Source of the DNA: a virus
Taxonomy: Duplodnaviria; Caudoviricetes
Reading direction: 5' to 3' (one strand)
DNA length: 64,000 nucleotides
Virus record (IMG/VR): IMGVR_UViG_3300034071_001727
Span: 460-64,459 of that record
The notes beneath the pieces are model-generated. The model did not search any database, was not told the DNA's origin, and was given only the letters and a program-made list of their open reading frames with translations. Made by a program: the position numbers and the translations under genes. Positions 35,611-45,480 of this stretch are shown here, piece by piece. How positions within the stretch are numbered: the stretch's first letter is position 1; each line of letters starts with the position of its first letter.

Positions 35611-37048
35611 GGGAGCAGCACGGCCCCCGATCATCTGGGAGCCCAACCCGAAGCAGCTCGACTTTCTGGCGAGCGACGACTTTGAAGTGCTGTTCGGTGG
35701 GGCCGCAGGCGGCGGCAAAAGCGACGCCCTGCTGGTCGACGCGATGGGCGGGCACTGCGGCGGCGTCCAGAACAAGGCATGGCGCGCCATCATCTTCCGG
35801 CGCACGTTCCCCGAGCTCCAAGACCTGATCGACCGCAGCCAAGAGCTGTACCCGCTCGCGGTTCCAGGCGCGAAATACAACAAGGTCGAGCACGTTTGGG
35901 TGTTCCCCAGCGGCGCGAAGATCTACCTCGGCCACCTGCAGCACGACGCCGACCGGTTCAAGTACCGCGGGCGCAACTTCAACTACATCGCGTTCGACGA
36001 GCTCACGCTCTGGGCAACGTCGAAATGCTGGGAATACCTGCGCTCACGCAACCGAACGCAGGACCGATCGCTGCCGTGCTACATGAGGGCAACGACCAAC
36101 CCGGACGGACCCGGGCAGAAGTGGGTCATGGACTGGTGGGGGATCAGCGAGGACGGCAAGGGCACCCGCCTGACCCGCCTGATCCTGACCGAGGAGTTCG
36201 ACGAAGAGAAACAGGACTGGATCGAGGTCGAGCGCGAGCGCGCGCGCACCTTCATCCCCGCCAAGCTGGCCGACAACAAACACCTTCGCGGCACCGGCTA
36301 CCGCGAAACCCTCATGGACATGCCGCCCGAGCAGCGAGACGCGCTGCTGTACGGGCTGTGGCGTGGCAACGCGGTCGAGGGCGCGTACTACCAAGCGCAA
36401 ATGAGCAAGGTGCGCGCCGAGAACCGCATCACGCGCGTGCCCTGGCTGGTCGACGTGCCCGTCAACACGTTCTGGGATCTTGGCTTCAACGACACCACCG
36501 CAATCTGGTTCCACCAGTTCGCGGCCATGGCGCATCGGTTCCCGCTCGCCTACGAAAACAGCGGCGAGACGCTGGCGCACTTCGCGAACTACCTGCAGCA
36601 GGTCGGCAAGGACAACGGCATCGTCTACGGCACGCACTACCTGCCGCACGACGCGGACAACCACAGCCTGCAGACCGGCAAGACCGCCAAGCAGATCCTG
36701 CAGGAGCTGTTGCCCGGGCATAGGTTCGAGGTTCTTCCACGCACGCCCAACGTGGTGCTGGGCATCCAGCAGACGCGCGCCGCGTTCCCCCACGTGTGGC
36801 TCGATCGAGAGGGCTGCAGCGACGGCATCGCCGCGCTGGACGCCTACCGCAAGAGATGGAACCGCCGCGTCGAGGCTTGGATGGACGAGCCCGAGCATGA
36901 CCGGTTCAGCAACTACGCCGACGGGTTCCGCCAGTTCGGTGAGGGCTACTTCCCTCGCCACCGGCACCGCACGACCGTCACCGACGAAGCCAAAGAAGGC
37001 CGCCCGCGCCGCAAGCGCAGTGGCAAGGGCAATTGGAGAGCCGCGTGA
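35600..37048 (+). CDS. terL: Terminase large subunit
   Basis: FGGAAGGGKS, IAFDE, TTNPDG, WDLG..D, LPHD, H..SNYAD. Confidence 0.95.
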   Translation: MGIEGAARPPIIWEPNPKQLDFLASDDFEVLFGGAAGGGKSDALLVDAMGGHCGGVQNKAWRAIIFRRTFPELQDLIDRSQELYPLAVPGAKYNKVEHVWVFPSGAKIYLGHLQHDADRFKYRGRNFNYIAFDELTLWATSKCWEYLRSRNRTQDRSLPCYMRATTNPDGPGQKWVMDWWGISEDGKGTRLTRLILTEEFDEEKQDWIEVERERARTFIPAKLADNKHLRGTGYRETLMDMPPEQRDALLYGLWRGNAVEGAYYQAQMSKVRAENRITRVPWLVDVPVNTFWDLGFNDTTAIWFHQFAAMAHRFPLAYENSGETLAHFANYLQQVGKDNGIVYGTHYLPHDADNHSLQTGKTAKQILQELLPGHRFEVLPRTPNVVLGIQQTRAAFPHVWLDREGCSDGIAALDAYRKRWNRRVEAWMDEPEHDRFSNYADGFRQFGEGYFPRHRHRTTVTDEAKEGRPRRKRSGKGNWRAA

Positions 37049-37557
37049 GTCAGATCATCATTCCAGGCAACACGCTACGCGCTGCGGCGATCGCCAACGC
37101 TGCGCCCGGCCAGCAGGCTAAGGCTGCGCTGGACGCCGAAATCATGCCAACCCTGGCCGCGCTGAGGCTGGACATGGCGCAGGTGCGGGCAATCGGCAGC
37201 AAGGGCGACCTGCTGCTGTTCCGCGGCTACCGAGACCTGTTCGGCTTCGGCGCGCGCCCGGCAATGCTGCTGGCGCGCAAGCGCGAGCCCGCGACCAACC
37301 ATGTGTGGTTCCCGCTTGAAAACCTGTATGTAATCGTCAGCGGCGACGCCGTGCCGCACGCCATTCGGATCGCGGAGCAGCTCTACACATTCGCCACGAA
37401 GCAGGACGCGCACAGGGTGCTGGATTGCCTGTTCGAGTTCGCGGAGGACTTGCTTCGCACACCGCCGCAGAAGCGCCTGAGCGCGCGGCAGTGGCTGGAC
37501 GCGTGCGCCGAGGACGGGATGAAGGTCTTCCACCAGGGTGCCGCGGTCAATGGATGA
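37045..37557 (+). CDS. Hypothetical protein between terminase and portal
   Basis: GGAG SD, GTGA coupling. Confidence 0.7.
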   Translation: MSQIIIPGNTLRAAAIANAAPGQQAKAALDAEIMPTLAALRLDMAQVRAIGSKGDLLLFRGYRDLFGFGARPAMLLARKREPATNHVWFPLENLYVIVSGDAVPHAIRIAEQLYTFATKQDAHRVLDCLFEFAEDLLRTPPQKRLSARQWLDACAEDGMKVFHQGAAVNG

Positions 37558-39727
37558 GATTCGCACCGAGCCCGCGTTCGACCCGGACAGCCGGTACACC
37601 GGCCCGGGTGGCGTGTTTCTGCAGGGGCTGCCGCCTGCGAAGCCCAACGCCAAGGCCAACGCGGAGGAAACCCGCCGCGTCCTGAGCCAGCTTGAGGACT
37701 GGTTTCAGGAAGGCCGCGACATGCACGCGGACAACAGGCGCGAACAGTTCATCGACTCGGATTTCTACGACGGCGATCAGATCGACCCCGAGACGCGTGC
37801 GGAGCTCGAAGACCGCAACCAGGCGCCGCTGGTCTACAACATCATCCACCCGACCATTCAGTGGGTAGTCGGCACGGAGCGCCGAACGCGGATCGACTGG
37901 AAGGTGCTGCCGCGCGGGAGCGAGGACGTAGGCCCAGCCAGCGCGAAGACCAGCCTTCTGAAGTTCACGAGCGATGCCAACAACGCCGGCTGGGAGCGCA
38001 GCGCCGCGTTCAAGGACGCAGTGCGTGTGGGCGTTGGCTGGACTGAGGAATTCCTGCGCACCGACGCGCTGGAGGAAGAGGTCGGCATCCGGCACCAGCG
38101 CTGGCAGGAAATGTGGTGGGATCCATTCTCCCGCGCAGCCAACGCGCAGGACTGCCGGTGGATGGACCGCTCGAAGTACACCGACCTAGACTATGCGATC
38201 GCCATGTGGCCGGACCACGCACCTGCGCTGCGCGCAGCTGCGGTGCAGTTCGCCGAGGCAGAAGAGGATCAGGTCGACGAGTGGGACTTGCCCAGCATCT
38301 TCATGCAGGCGCACCGCCGCGACGACCCGCGCAAGCGGTTCCTGGGCGTCACCGGAGGCACCAACCGCTGGCGCACGCGAGTGCGCATTCACGAGACGTG
38401 GTTCAAGCGACCGAAGGTGCAGCGCCGCGTGCGCGCGCTGGTGGACAGCTACAGCGACCTGAATGGGTCGGTCTTCGACCCGAGTGAAGAGCTGCCCGAG
38501 AACGTGGCGCGCGCGCAGCAGCGCGGCGTGATCAGCCTCGTCGACTCGCTCACCGACACCATGTGGCAGGCGTTCTGGCTGCCCGGGACCATGCTGCAGC
38601 TGCGGCCAAGCCCGTACAGGCACAACCGGTTCCCGTTCACGCCTATCTGGTGCTACCGGCGCGAGCGCGACGGCATGCCGTACGGCCTGATTCGCATGGT
38701 CCGCGACCCGCAGGAGGACTACAACAAGCGCCGCGGCAAAGCCCTGTTCGCCATGTCGACGCATAGGGTGCTGTACGAGGACGACGCGTTCCACGAGGAC
38801 GATGAAGAGGAAGGCCTTGAGCAGGCCACCATGCCCAATGGGCAGGTCAGGCTGCGGCCGGGTGGCTTGGCCAAGATCAAAGTCGAGACGATGGCCGACG
38901 TGGCGAAAGGGCATCTGGAGCTTGCCGAGCAGAGCAAGACGCAGATCCTGGAGACGTCGGGCGTCACGCGGGACAACCTGGGGCAGGAGAGCAGCGCAGC
39001 CAGCGGTCGCGCGATCCTCGCGAAGCAACAGCAGGGCGCCGTGGTCACCGCCGAGGTCTTCGACAACTACCGGCTCGCGATCCAGCTCAGCGGCCAGAAG
39101 ATGCTGAGCATCATCGAGCAATACGTGACGATGCCGAAGCAGATCCGCATTCTCGGGCCCACCGGTGGCGCGGAGTTTCTGACCATCAACGAGCCGCACT
39201 TCGACCCGATGACGGGCGAGGTCTGGTTCGACAACGACGTCACCAAGGGCCTGGCGGACTTCGTGGTCGATCAGCAGGACTACCGCGAAACGCAGCGCAT
39301 GGCCATGGCCGAGCAGCTGTTCGAAATGATCGGCCGCCTGCCGCCTGAAATGGCGATCATGCTGATGGACCTGCCCATCGAGCTGTCGGACCTGCCGAAC
39401 AAGGACGAGTTCATCCGCCGCATTCGCGCGATGAACGGCACAGACCCGCAGCCCGAAGACCCCAACGCGGCAGCCGAGCAGGCCGCACAGCAGCAGGCAC
39501 AGCAGCGTCAGCAGCAGCTGCAGGAAGAAATCGCCGCGGCCAAGGCCGACCGCGAGCGTGCAGCGGCCGAAAACCTGCGCGCGCAGGCCAAGGCCAAGAG
39601 CATGGAAGGCCGAGCCAAGTCCCTGGACGTCGCCGCACTGGCGGCGGCCTCAATACCGCTGGTGCCCGCAGCTGATCGGCTCTATGAGCCGCCCAAGCCG
39701 CAGCAGCAGCCCATCCCCCCACAGTGA
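37550..39727 (+). CDS. P22-like portal protein
   Basis: DFYDGDQ, PL.YN.I, PYGLIR...DPQ..YNKR, SGRAI...QQQG. Confidence 0.92.
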   Translation: MDEIRTEPAFDPDSRYTGPGGVFLQGLPPAKPNAKANAEETRRVLSQLEDWFQEGRDMHADNRREQFIDSDFYDGDQIDPETRAELEDRNQAPLVYNIIHPTIQWVVGTERRTRIDWKVLPRGSEDVGPASAKTSLLKFTSDANNAGWERSAAFKDAVRVGVGWTEEFLRTDALEEEVGIRHQRWQEMWWDPFSRAANAQDCRWMDRSKYTDLDYAIAMWPDHAPALRAAAVQFAEAEEDQVDEWDLPSIFMQAHRRDDPRKRFLGVTGGTNRWRTRVRIHETWFKRPKVQRRVRALVDSYSDLNGSVFDPSEELPENVARAQQRGVISLVDSLTDTMWQAFWLPGTMLQLRPSPYRHNRFPFTPIWCYRRERDGMPYGLIRMVRDPQEDYNKRRGKALFAMSTHRVLYEDDAFHEDDEEEGLEQATMPNGQVRLRPGGLAKIKVETMADVAKGHLELAEQSKTQILETSGVTRDNLGQESSAASGRAILAKQQQGAVVTAEVFDNYRLAIQLSGQKMLSIIEQYVTMPKQIRILGPTGGAEFLTINEPHFDPMTGEVWFDNDVTKGLADFVVDQQDYRETQRMAMAEQLFEMIGRLPPEMAIMLMDLPIELSDLPNKDEFIRRIRAMNGTDPQPEDPNAAAEQAAQQQAQQRQQQLQEEIAAAKADRERAAAENLRAQAKAKSMEGRAKSLDVAALAAASIPLVPAADRLYEPPKPQQQPIPPQ

Positions 39728-40623
39728 GCGAGACACCTATGAACGATCCCCGCGACGAACGGCTGGACTACGACGACCTGAGCGACGCCGAGCGCGCCGC
39801 GATCGAGGGCGATACCGACACGGGCAGCGCGCCGGCGCCAGCGCCTGCGCCGACACCGGAGCCGACGCCGACCCAGACCCCCGCAGATGACAGCGCAACG
39901 CATGAGCTGCGCGAAGCAGCCAGCGCGCTGACCGCGGCGGCGCAGGCGCTGCAGCAGAGTCAGGCACAAGCCGCAGCGCAACAGCAGCCGGCAGCCCAAG
40001 AAACAGCCGCCGCGCCGCGCGACTTCAATGCGGAGCTGGTCGCGCTGGAAACCCGGTACGACGATGGCGAGCTGGACATGAAGGAGTTCCTGCGCGCTCG
40101 CGATGAAGTCAACCGCGCGCAGGTGGCTGCTGAAATGGCGCAGCAGCTTTCAGCCCAGCAGCAGCAGCAGGCCCACCAGGATTGGGCCAGCGCATACGTC
40201 GGATTCTTCAGCGGCGCGGAAGCCGAAGCGAACGCGCGTCTTGCAACCGATGCCCTGAAACCCGGGTTCGATGCGCTGGCTGTGCGGCTGGTCGCCGAAG
40301 GCAAGGGCTACCAGGAAGCACTCACGGAAGCTCGCCGGGTGGTGTTCGAGCAGGTAGGCATTCCGCTGCCTGGGGCTGTCTCACGCGACGACGCTGTAGC
40401 CAAGGCGCTGAAGGATCGCCAGCCCGGCACGCGGCCCGGCCCCTCGCTGGGCGACCTGCCCACCGCAGCAGGCATGGCAACGGGCGCGGCCGAACAGATC
40501 GACAGCCTGCCGATCGAGGAAATGGAAGCCCGCATCGCGCGCATGAACCCGACAGAGCTCGAAGAGTTCTTGGCCAGCGCGGAAGGCGGGTTGCGTGACT
40601 ATCCCCGCGCTGGCCGCGACTGA
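39724..40623 (+). CDS. Putative scaffolding protein
   Basis: Acidic helical protein between portal and capsid. Confidence 0.7.
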   Translation: MSETPMNDPRDERLDYDDLSDAERAAIEGDTDTGSAPAPAPAPTPEPTPTQTPADDSATHELREAASALTAAAQALQQSQAQAAAQQQPAAQETAAAPRDFNAELVALETRYDDGELDMKEFLRARDEVNRAQVAAEMAQQLSAQQQQQAHQDWASAYVGFFSGAEAEANARLATDALKPGFDALAVRLVAEGKGYQEALTEARRVVFEQVGIPLPGAVSRDDAVAKALKDRQPGTRPGPSLGDLPTAAGMATGAAEQIDSLPIEEMEARIARMNPTELEEFLASAEGGLRDYPRAGRD

Positions 40624-40633
40624 GTAGCCACGC

Positions 40634-40882
40634 ATGGCGATGTTCCAAGACCTGCGGCCGGGCGACTCCATCCGCGTCGGCACCACCACAATCACCGTCC
40701 AGGCAAAGACCGGAGCCCGCGCACGGCTCCGGATCGACAGCCCCGAGGACGTCCAAGTGGTGCGCGCGGAGGACGCCAGCAGCGACGTCGCCGACACCAC
40801 GCCGCGCGCTCCGGGCATGACCCCAAGCGCGCCGGCAGCAAAACCCACATCGCTGGCTGTTCCCGCGCTCAAGTTCGGGTAA
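40634..40882 (+). CDS. CsrA-like small RNA-binding protein
   Basis: LRPGDSIRVG.TTITV..K.G.RARLRIDSPEDVQVVRAE parallels CsrA RRVGE...IG..V.V....G.QVRIG..AP..V.VHREE. Confidence 0.6.
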   Translation: MAMFQDLRPGDSIRVGTTTITVQAKTGARARLRIDSPEDVQVVRAEDASSDVADTTPRAPGMTPSAPAAKPTSLAVPALKFG

Positions 40883-40894
40883 GCTGGCGCCACT

Positions 40895-40960
40895 CCGCGC
40901 GCATGAGCGCGCGGCCCAATCCGTAGGCGCATGAGTGCCGACCCCTGTTTCCTCAAGGAG
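40895..40960 (+). promoter_or_regulatory. Two GC-AUGA-G hairpins and a CAAGGAG SD in the capsid leader
   Basis: CCGCGCGC-ATGA-GCGCGCGG; GGCGC-ATGA-GTGCC. Confidence 0.55.
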
Positions 40961-40967
40961 TCCACTC

Positions 40968-42080
40968 ATGTCTCAGACTGTTCATGGCGTCAACAGCCCG
41001 CAGGCTGTCAAGCGCTGGGCCGCTACCCTCTACGTCGATCAGGTCCGCGAGAGCTATTGGGGCTCGCGCTTCGAAGGCGCCGGCCAGACCCCCAACACGC
41101 CCATTCAGGTGCTGACCGACCTGCAGAGCGAAGCGGGCGACACGATCAAGTTCGACCTGGCCAAGCAGCTGCGCGGCCGTGCCACGTTCGGCGATGACCG
41201 TCTCGCCGGCAAGCTCGAAGCGCTGCGCTTCGCACAGGACGAAATCAAGATCAACCAGGTCCGCTGCGGCGTCTCGGCCGGTGGCCGCATGACCCGTAAG
41301 CGCGTGCTGCACGACCTGCGCTCTGTCGCCCGCGCGCGTCAGTCCGAATGGTGGGCGCGTTGGAACGACGAATTCCACGCGATGACCGCCGCCGGTGCCC
41401 GTGGCATCAACGACGACTTCATCGAAGGTCTGGACTTCAACGGCATCCCGGACACGCAGGTGTTCCAGGCGCCGGACGCAGGCCATACGCTGTTTGGCGG
41501 CGCGGCCACCAGTAAGGGCTCGCTGACCGTCAACGACAAGTGTTCGCTGTCGCTGATCGAAAAGCTGGTGACCAAGGCCAAGACCTACGGCGGCGGAAGC
41601 AAGGACGAGTCGCGTATCAAGCCGATCCGCATCGACGGCGGCGAGCACTTCGTCTACCTGATCCACCCGTTCCAGGAATACGACCTGCGCGTCAACACCA
41701 GCGTCGGCCAGTGGCTCGACATCCAGAAGGCTGCGGCGGGTGCTGAGGGTCGCAAGGGCCCGATCTTCCGCGGCGGCGTCGGCATGTACAACAACGTCGT
41801 GATTCACACCCACGAAACCGTTGTTCGCTTCGGTGACTACGGCGTGGGCAACAACGTTGCGGCTGCCCGCGGCATCTTCATGGGCAAGCAGGCGATGACC
41901 AAGGCCTACGGCAGCCCGGGTAACGACATGCGCATGAAGTGGTTCGAGGAGCTGGAAGACCACGACAACGAAATCGTCATGTCGTCGAGCTGCATCAAGG
42001 GCCTCAAGGCCACGCAGTTCGATGGCAAGCGCTTCGGCATGCTGGTCACCGACACCGCCGCCGCGGATCCCAACGTCTGA
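40968..42080 (+). CDS. Major capsid protein (N4-gp56-like)
   Basis: AVKRW..DL..EAGD.I.FDL..L.G, R.GV..GG.M..KR, PIFRG..GMYN; strong SD. Confidence 0.92.
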   Translation: MSQTVHGVNSPQAVKRWAATLYVDQVRESYWGSRFEGAGQTPNTPIQVLTDLQSEAGDTIKFDLAKQLRGRATFGDDRLAGKLEALRFAQDEIKINQVRCGVSAGGRMTRKRVLHDLRSVARARQSEWWARWNDEFHAMTAAGARGINDDFIEGLDFNGIPDTQVFQAPDAGHTLFGGAATSKGSLTVNDKCSLSLIEKLVTKAKTYGGGSKDESRIKPIRIDGGEHFVYLIHPFQEYDLRVNTSVGQWLDIQKAAAGAEGRKGPIFRGGVGMYNNVVIHTHETVVRFGDYGVGNNVAAARGIFMGKQAMTKAYGSPGNDMRMKWFEELEDHDNEIVMSSSCIKGLKATQFDGKRFGMLVTDTAAADPNV

Positions 42081-42142
42081 CCGCCTGACGCGCCGGGTTC
42101 ACCGCCCGGCGCGTCACCGCTCACCCTTCAAGGAGCACTCCA

Positions 42143-42601
42143 ATGCCCGATTTCAACAACCCCGCCACTGTCCAGGGCCCGCAGCCGACGCCCTACAACA
42201 ATGGCCAACCGTGCGTCATTTCCTCGCGCTTCGACTTCGCGAACGCGGCGTATCGCCCTGCCGCTCTGGCGGCCAACGACCGCATCTTGATCGGCATCGT
42301 GCCTGCCGGCTGCAAGCTGGTGCCCCACCTGAGCCGGATTGCCCTGCCTGCGCTGTCCACCGGCACCGGCAACTACTCCGTTGGCATCACGGGCTCTGCC
42401 GCCAACCTGGCTGCAGCTGCGGTTTCGAACACCGCTCGCGTGCTGTCGGGGGAAACGATTCTGCAAGGGTCGGTCGGTAGCCGCGAGGTCGATACGCCGA
42501 TCTATGCAGTGATCACCGTCGCTTCGCAGGCGGTCCCCGTGACCGGCGCGATCGTCGCGGATCTCGTCGTGCGCCCCTACGACACCACCATCGACGGCTG
42601 A
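42143..42601 (+). CDS. Putative capsid decoration/cement protein
   Basis: AAGGAG SD; beta-rich 152 aa immediately after the capsid gene. Confidence 0.6.
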   Translation: MPDFNNPATVQGPQPTPYNNGQPCVISSRFDFANAAYRPAALAANDRILIGIVPAGCKLVPHLSRIALPALSTGTGNYSVGITGSAANLAAAAVSNTARVLSGETILQGSVGSREVDTPIYAVITVASQAVPVTGAIVADLVVRPYDTTIDG

Positions 42602-42683
42602 TCGCCGATCGAGCAACCACTGTGAACACGACGCCCGGCCTCGCGCCGGGCGTCGCACATAGCGACCACGGAGACGTCAACCC

Positions 42684-43223
42684 ATGAGCACATTCAAGCC
42701 CCATATCGTCGAGTGCATCCTTCGCCGCGAAGGCGGCACGCACGTTGCGTTCGACGACTGCGCCCGCTGGCCTGCCGGCGCCTATCACTTCCGGCCGGGC
42801 CTGCTGCAGGACGCCCGCCACGCCTGCGTGATCCCCGTGCGGGAGCACTTCGAGCGCCTGATCAGCCTGCCGGAGGCCTATCGTGTGCCTCACGCGGATG
42901 ACCTGATCACGGCACCGCCCGCGCCTGCTGCGCCGAAAGCGGCTGCAGCGGCCAGCGCGCCCGCCGCGGCTCAGGAAGGCGAGCAGTCGCCCGACGGCCA
43001 GAAGGACGGCGATGATGACGATGACGATGACGACACCACTGCCGACGCCTGGGACGCCACCAAGGTGCTTGCGCTAGGGGTCAACAAGATCACCCCGCTG
43101 GCCAAGAACTACACGGACGAGCAGCTGCGCGAGCTGATCGACAAGGAAGGCCAGCGCCCTGACCCGCGCGAAAGCCTCGTGCGACTGCTGACCGCCACCC
43201 TGCGCGGCCGAGCTGCAGGCTGA
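42684..43223 (+). CDS. Head-associated hypothetical protein with acidic linker
   Basis: GGAG SD; poly-Asp tract; small helical C-domain. Confidence 0.7.
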   Translation: MSTFKPHIVECILRREGGTHVAFDDCARWPAGAYHFRPGLLQDARHACVIPVREHFERLISLPEAYRVPHADDLITAPPAPAAPKAAAAASAPAAAQEGEQSPDGQKDGDDDDDDDDTTADAWDATKVLALGVNKITPLAKNYTDEQLRELIDKEGQRPDPRESLVRLLTATLRGRAAG

Positions 43224-43226
43224 TCC

Positions 43227-43925
43227 ATGGAGCGCCGGGAACTGCGCCAGCTGCTGCGGGACGTGCTGGATGACAACAACGTCCCGCCGCTGTGGTCAGA
43301 CAGCGCGTTAAACGAGTACCTGTCCGACGCTGTGCAGCAGGCATGCGTGCGCGCGCGCCTGCTGCAGGAGTCCGTGGACCCTGCGCTGACGCGTATCGAG
43401 CTGATCGAAGGCCAGTCGCTCTACACCCTGCACCCGCAGGTGCTGGCTATCCGCTCCGCCGCGCTGGTAGTGCGGAAACACCCCTGCGAGCTGACCACGG
43501 TGCGCCAGATGGATCGGGACTATCCCGGCTACCAGGTGCGCGAGACCAACGGCGGCAACCGCGAAACGTTCCTCGTGCTCGACGAGCAGAAAGGCCACAT
43601 TCGCGTGTGGCCTACGCCCAGCGCGCCGGATGACCCGCTGGTGCCCGAAGCGCTGGCGCTGACTGTGTGGCGGCTGCCCACCGAAATGGAAGCGATGGAC
43701 AGCGACTCGGACGAGCCCGCTGTGCCCGTGCACATGCACCGCGACCTGATCGATTGGGCCGAGCATCTGGCCTATCTCAGGACGGACGCCGAGACGCGTG
43801 ACGTGGGGCGATCGAACGAGGCTGCCGGTCGCTTTGCGGCGAAGTTCGGCATCAACCCGACTTGGCGGCAGATCCAGCTTTGGGGGCACTCGCCCCGCCG
43901 CGGCTCGCGCGCGAGGTTCACCTGA
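43227..43925 (+). CDS. Head-tail adaptor
   Basis: LWSD..L..Y..A..AC.RARL, IRVWPTP, H.DLIDW..AY...D.E. Confidence 0.75.
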   Translation: MERRELRQLLRDVLDDNNVPPLWSDSALNEYLSDAVQQACVRARLLQESVDPALTRIELIEGQSLYTLHPQVLAIRSAALVVRKHPCELTTVRQMDRDYPGYQVRETNGGNRETFLVLDEQKGHIRVWPTPSAPDDPLVPEALALTVWRLPTEMEAMDSDSDEPAVPVHMHRDLIDWAEHLAYLRTDAETRDVGRSNEAAGRFAAKFGINPTWRQIQLWGHSPRRGSRARFT

Positions 43926-44335
43926 TGGCACGGACCTTCGGCGAATACAGCCCGGACGTGCCGCTCAACACGACGTGGGAGGAAGAGCTGGTACTGGCCG
44001 ACGAGGACGGCGTGCCGCTCGACCTGACTGGCTACGAGGCGCGCGCCCAGCTGCGCACGAGCAAGGATGCGCCCGGGCCCCCGGTGTTCGCGCTCTCAAG
44101 CGTTGGCGCCGGCGCCACGCTGACCGTGCAGCCTGGCGGAGAGATTGGGCTGCTGGCCTTGGCGGTGCCGCGCACGCAGGTCATGGCGCTCTCCCCCAAC
44201 AACGCCAAACGCAAGCTGGTGTGGGACATCGAGCTCTACATCCCCGGCACCGGCGGCGCTGACGACTATGTGATTCCCGCGGTGCAGGGCAAGGTCAATC
44301 TACTGCCGCGCGCAACCAGGGCCGACTTGGCATGA
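43925..44335 (+). CDS. Virion structural beta-sandwich protein
   Basis: PLDLTGYEARAQLR..WDIEL motif; TGATG coupling. Confidence 0.7.
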   Translation: MARTFGEYSPDVPLNTTWEEELVLADEDGVPLDLTGYEARAQLRTSKDAPGPPVFALSSVGAGATLTVQPGGEIGLLALAVPRTQVMALSPNNAKRKLVWDIELYIPGTGGADDYVIPAVQGKVNLLPRATRADLA

Positions 44336-44664
44336 GCATCACCGTCCGACCCACTGTCGTCACTGTCCGCGGCGGCCGTCAGAACGTCGTCCGCGTCGAC
44401 CGCACCACTGCCGTGCGCATCGCGGCCGGCGTCGGCCCACGCGGGCCCGCAGGCCCCTCTGGCGCGGCGCAAGACAGTTTCGACTTCACGCAGGCATCGC
44501 CTGCACTGCAGTGGTCAATCAGCCACAACCTGGGGCGGCGGCCGATCGTTGAGCTGTTCAGCGTAGGCGGCGCCGAAATCGAGGCCGACGTGATCCACCT
44601 GAGCAACGATCAAGTGATCGTCAACTTCGTGATTCCCACTGCGGGCTCCGCTCGCCTGATCTAA
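44332..44664 (+). CDS. Small fiber-like protein with short collagen motif
   Basis: GPRGPAGPSG; W.I.HNLGR.P. Confidence 0.7.
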   Translation: MSITVRPTVVTVRGGRQNVVRVDRTTAVRIAAGVGPRGPAGPSGAAQDSFDFTQASPALQWSISHNLGRRPIVELFSVGGAEIEADVIHLSNDQVIVNFVIPTAGSARLI

Positions 44665-44673
44665 GGACACCCC

Positions 44674-45471
44674 ATGGCACGGCAGGTACTCACTGACCTT
44701 GATTTCAACAGCGTCGCGCGGATCAACAACCTGCCGGATGCTGTCAGTGCACAGCAGCCGGTCACGCTCGCCCAGCTCAACGCGGTCAACGAGGGGCTGA
44801 GCTGGAAAGACTCGGTTCGCGTTTCGACTGCCAGCAACATCAACTTGGCATCGCCCGGTGCGTCGCTTGACGGCATCACCATGGCGACGAACGACCGCGT
44901 GCTGGTGCGCGGACAGACGCTGCAGCCCGCGAACGGCGTCTACATCTGGAACGGCGCGGCTACCCCGATGACGCGCTCGCCAGACGCGAACACAGCGAAC
45001 GAGCTGGAGTCCGCGGTAGTCGTGGTCGAAGAGGGCACCAGCGGCGGCTCGACGTTCCGCCAGCAGACGGTGAACTTCGTGCTCGACACGGGGAACGTGG
45101 TGTGGGTCGCGTTCGGTACGGCCACGCCGCCCGCCACGGAAGCGACTGCAGGTATCGCAGAGATTGCCACGCAGGCCGAAACGGACACCGGCACCGACGA
45201 CACGCGCATCGTCACCCCGCTCAAGCTGACAAATTGGGCAGGGCGCGCGCGGAAACACACGGTCGACATCGGCGACGGTTCAAACACGAGCTACACGGTC
45301 ACGCACAACTTCAACACCCGCGACGTCGACGTGGCCGTCCGCCGAAACAGCGGCGCCTTTGACTTCGTGATCGTCGACACAGAGGCCACCACGCTCAACA
45401 CGGTGACGGTGCGCTTTGCCTCAGGTTTGGCGCCAGCTTCGAACGCCTTCCGCGTCTTCGTCCAGGGGTAA
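44674..45471 (+). CDS. Head/tail fiber protein
   Basis: WKDSVRV, DRVLVRGQT...NGVY.W, ATE..AGIAEIATQAE, VTHN. Confidence 0.75.
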   Translation: MARQVLTDLDFNSVARINNLPDAVSAQQPVTLAQLNAVNEGLSWKDSVRVSTASNINLASPGASLDGITMATNDRVLVRGQTLQPANGVYIWNGAATPMTRSPDANTANELESAVVVVEEGTSGGSTFRQQTVNFVLDTGNVVWVAFGTATPPATEATAGIAEIATQAETDTGTDDTRIVTPLKLTNWAGRARKHTVDIGDGSNTSYTVTHNFNTRDVDVAVRRNSGAFDFVIVDTEATTLNTVTVRFASGLAPASNAFRVFVQG

Positions 45472-45480
45472 CGCGACTCC

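Noticed and set aside
42086-42116. Hairpins after the capsid gene and at ~42629-42656 as terminators
   Set aside because: The stems are strong but lack U-tracts; more likely mRNA-stabilising, and ordinary.
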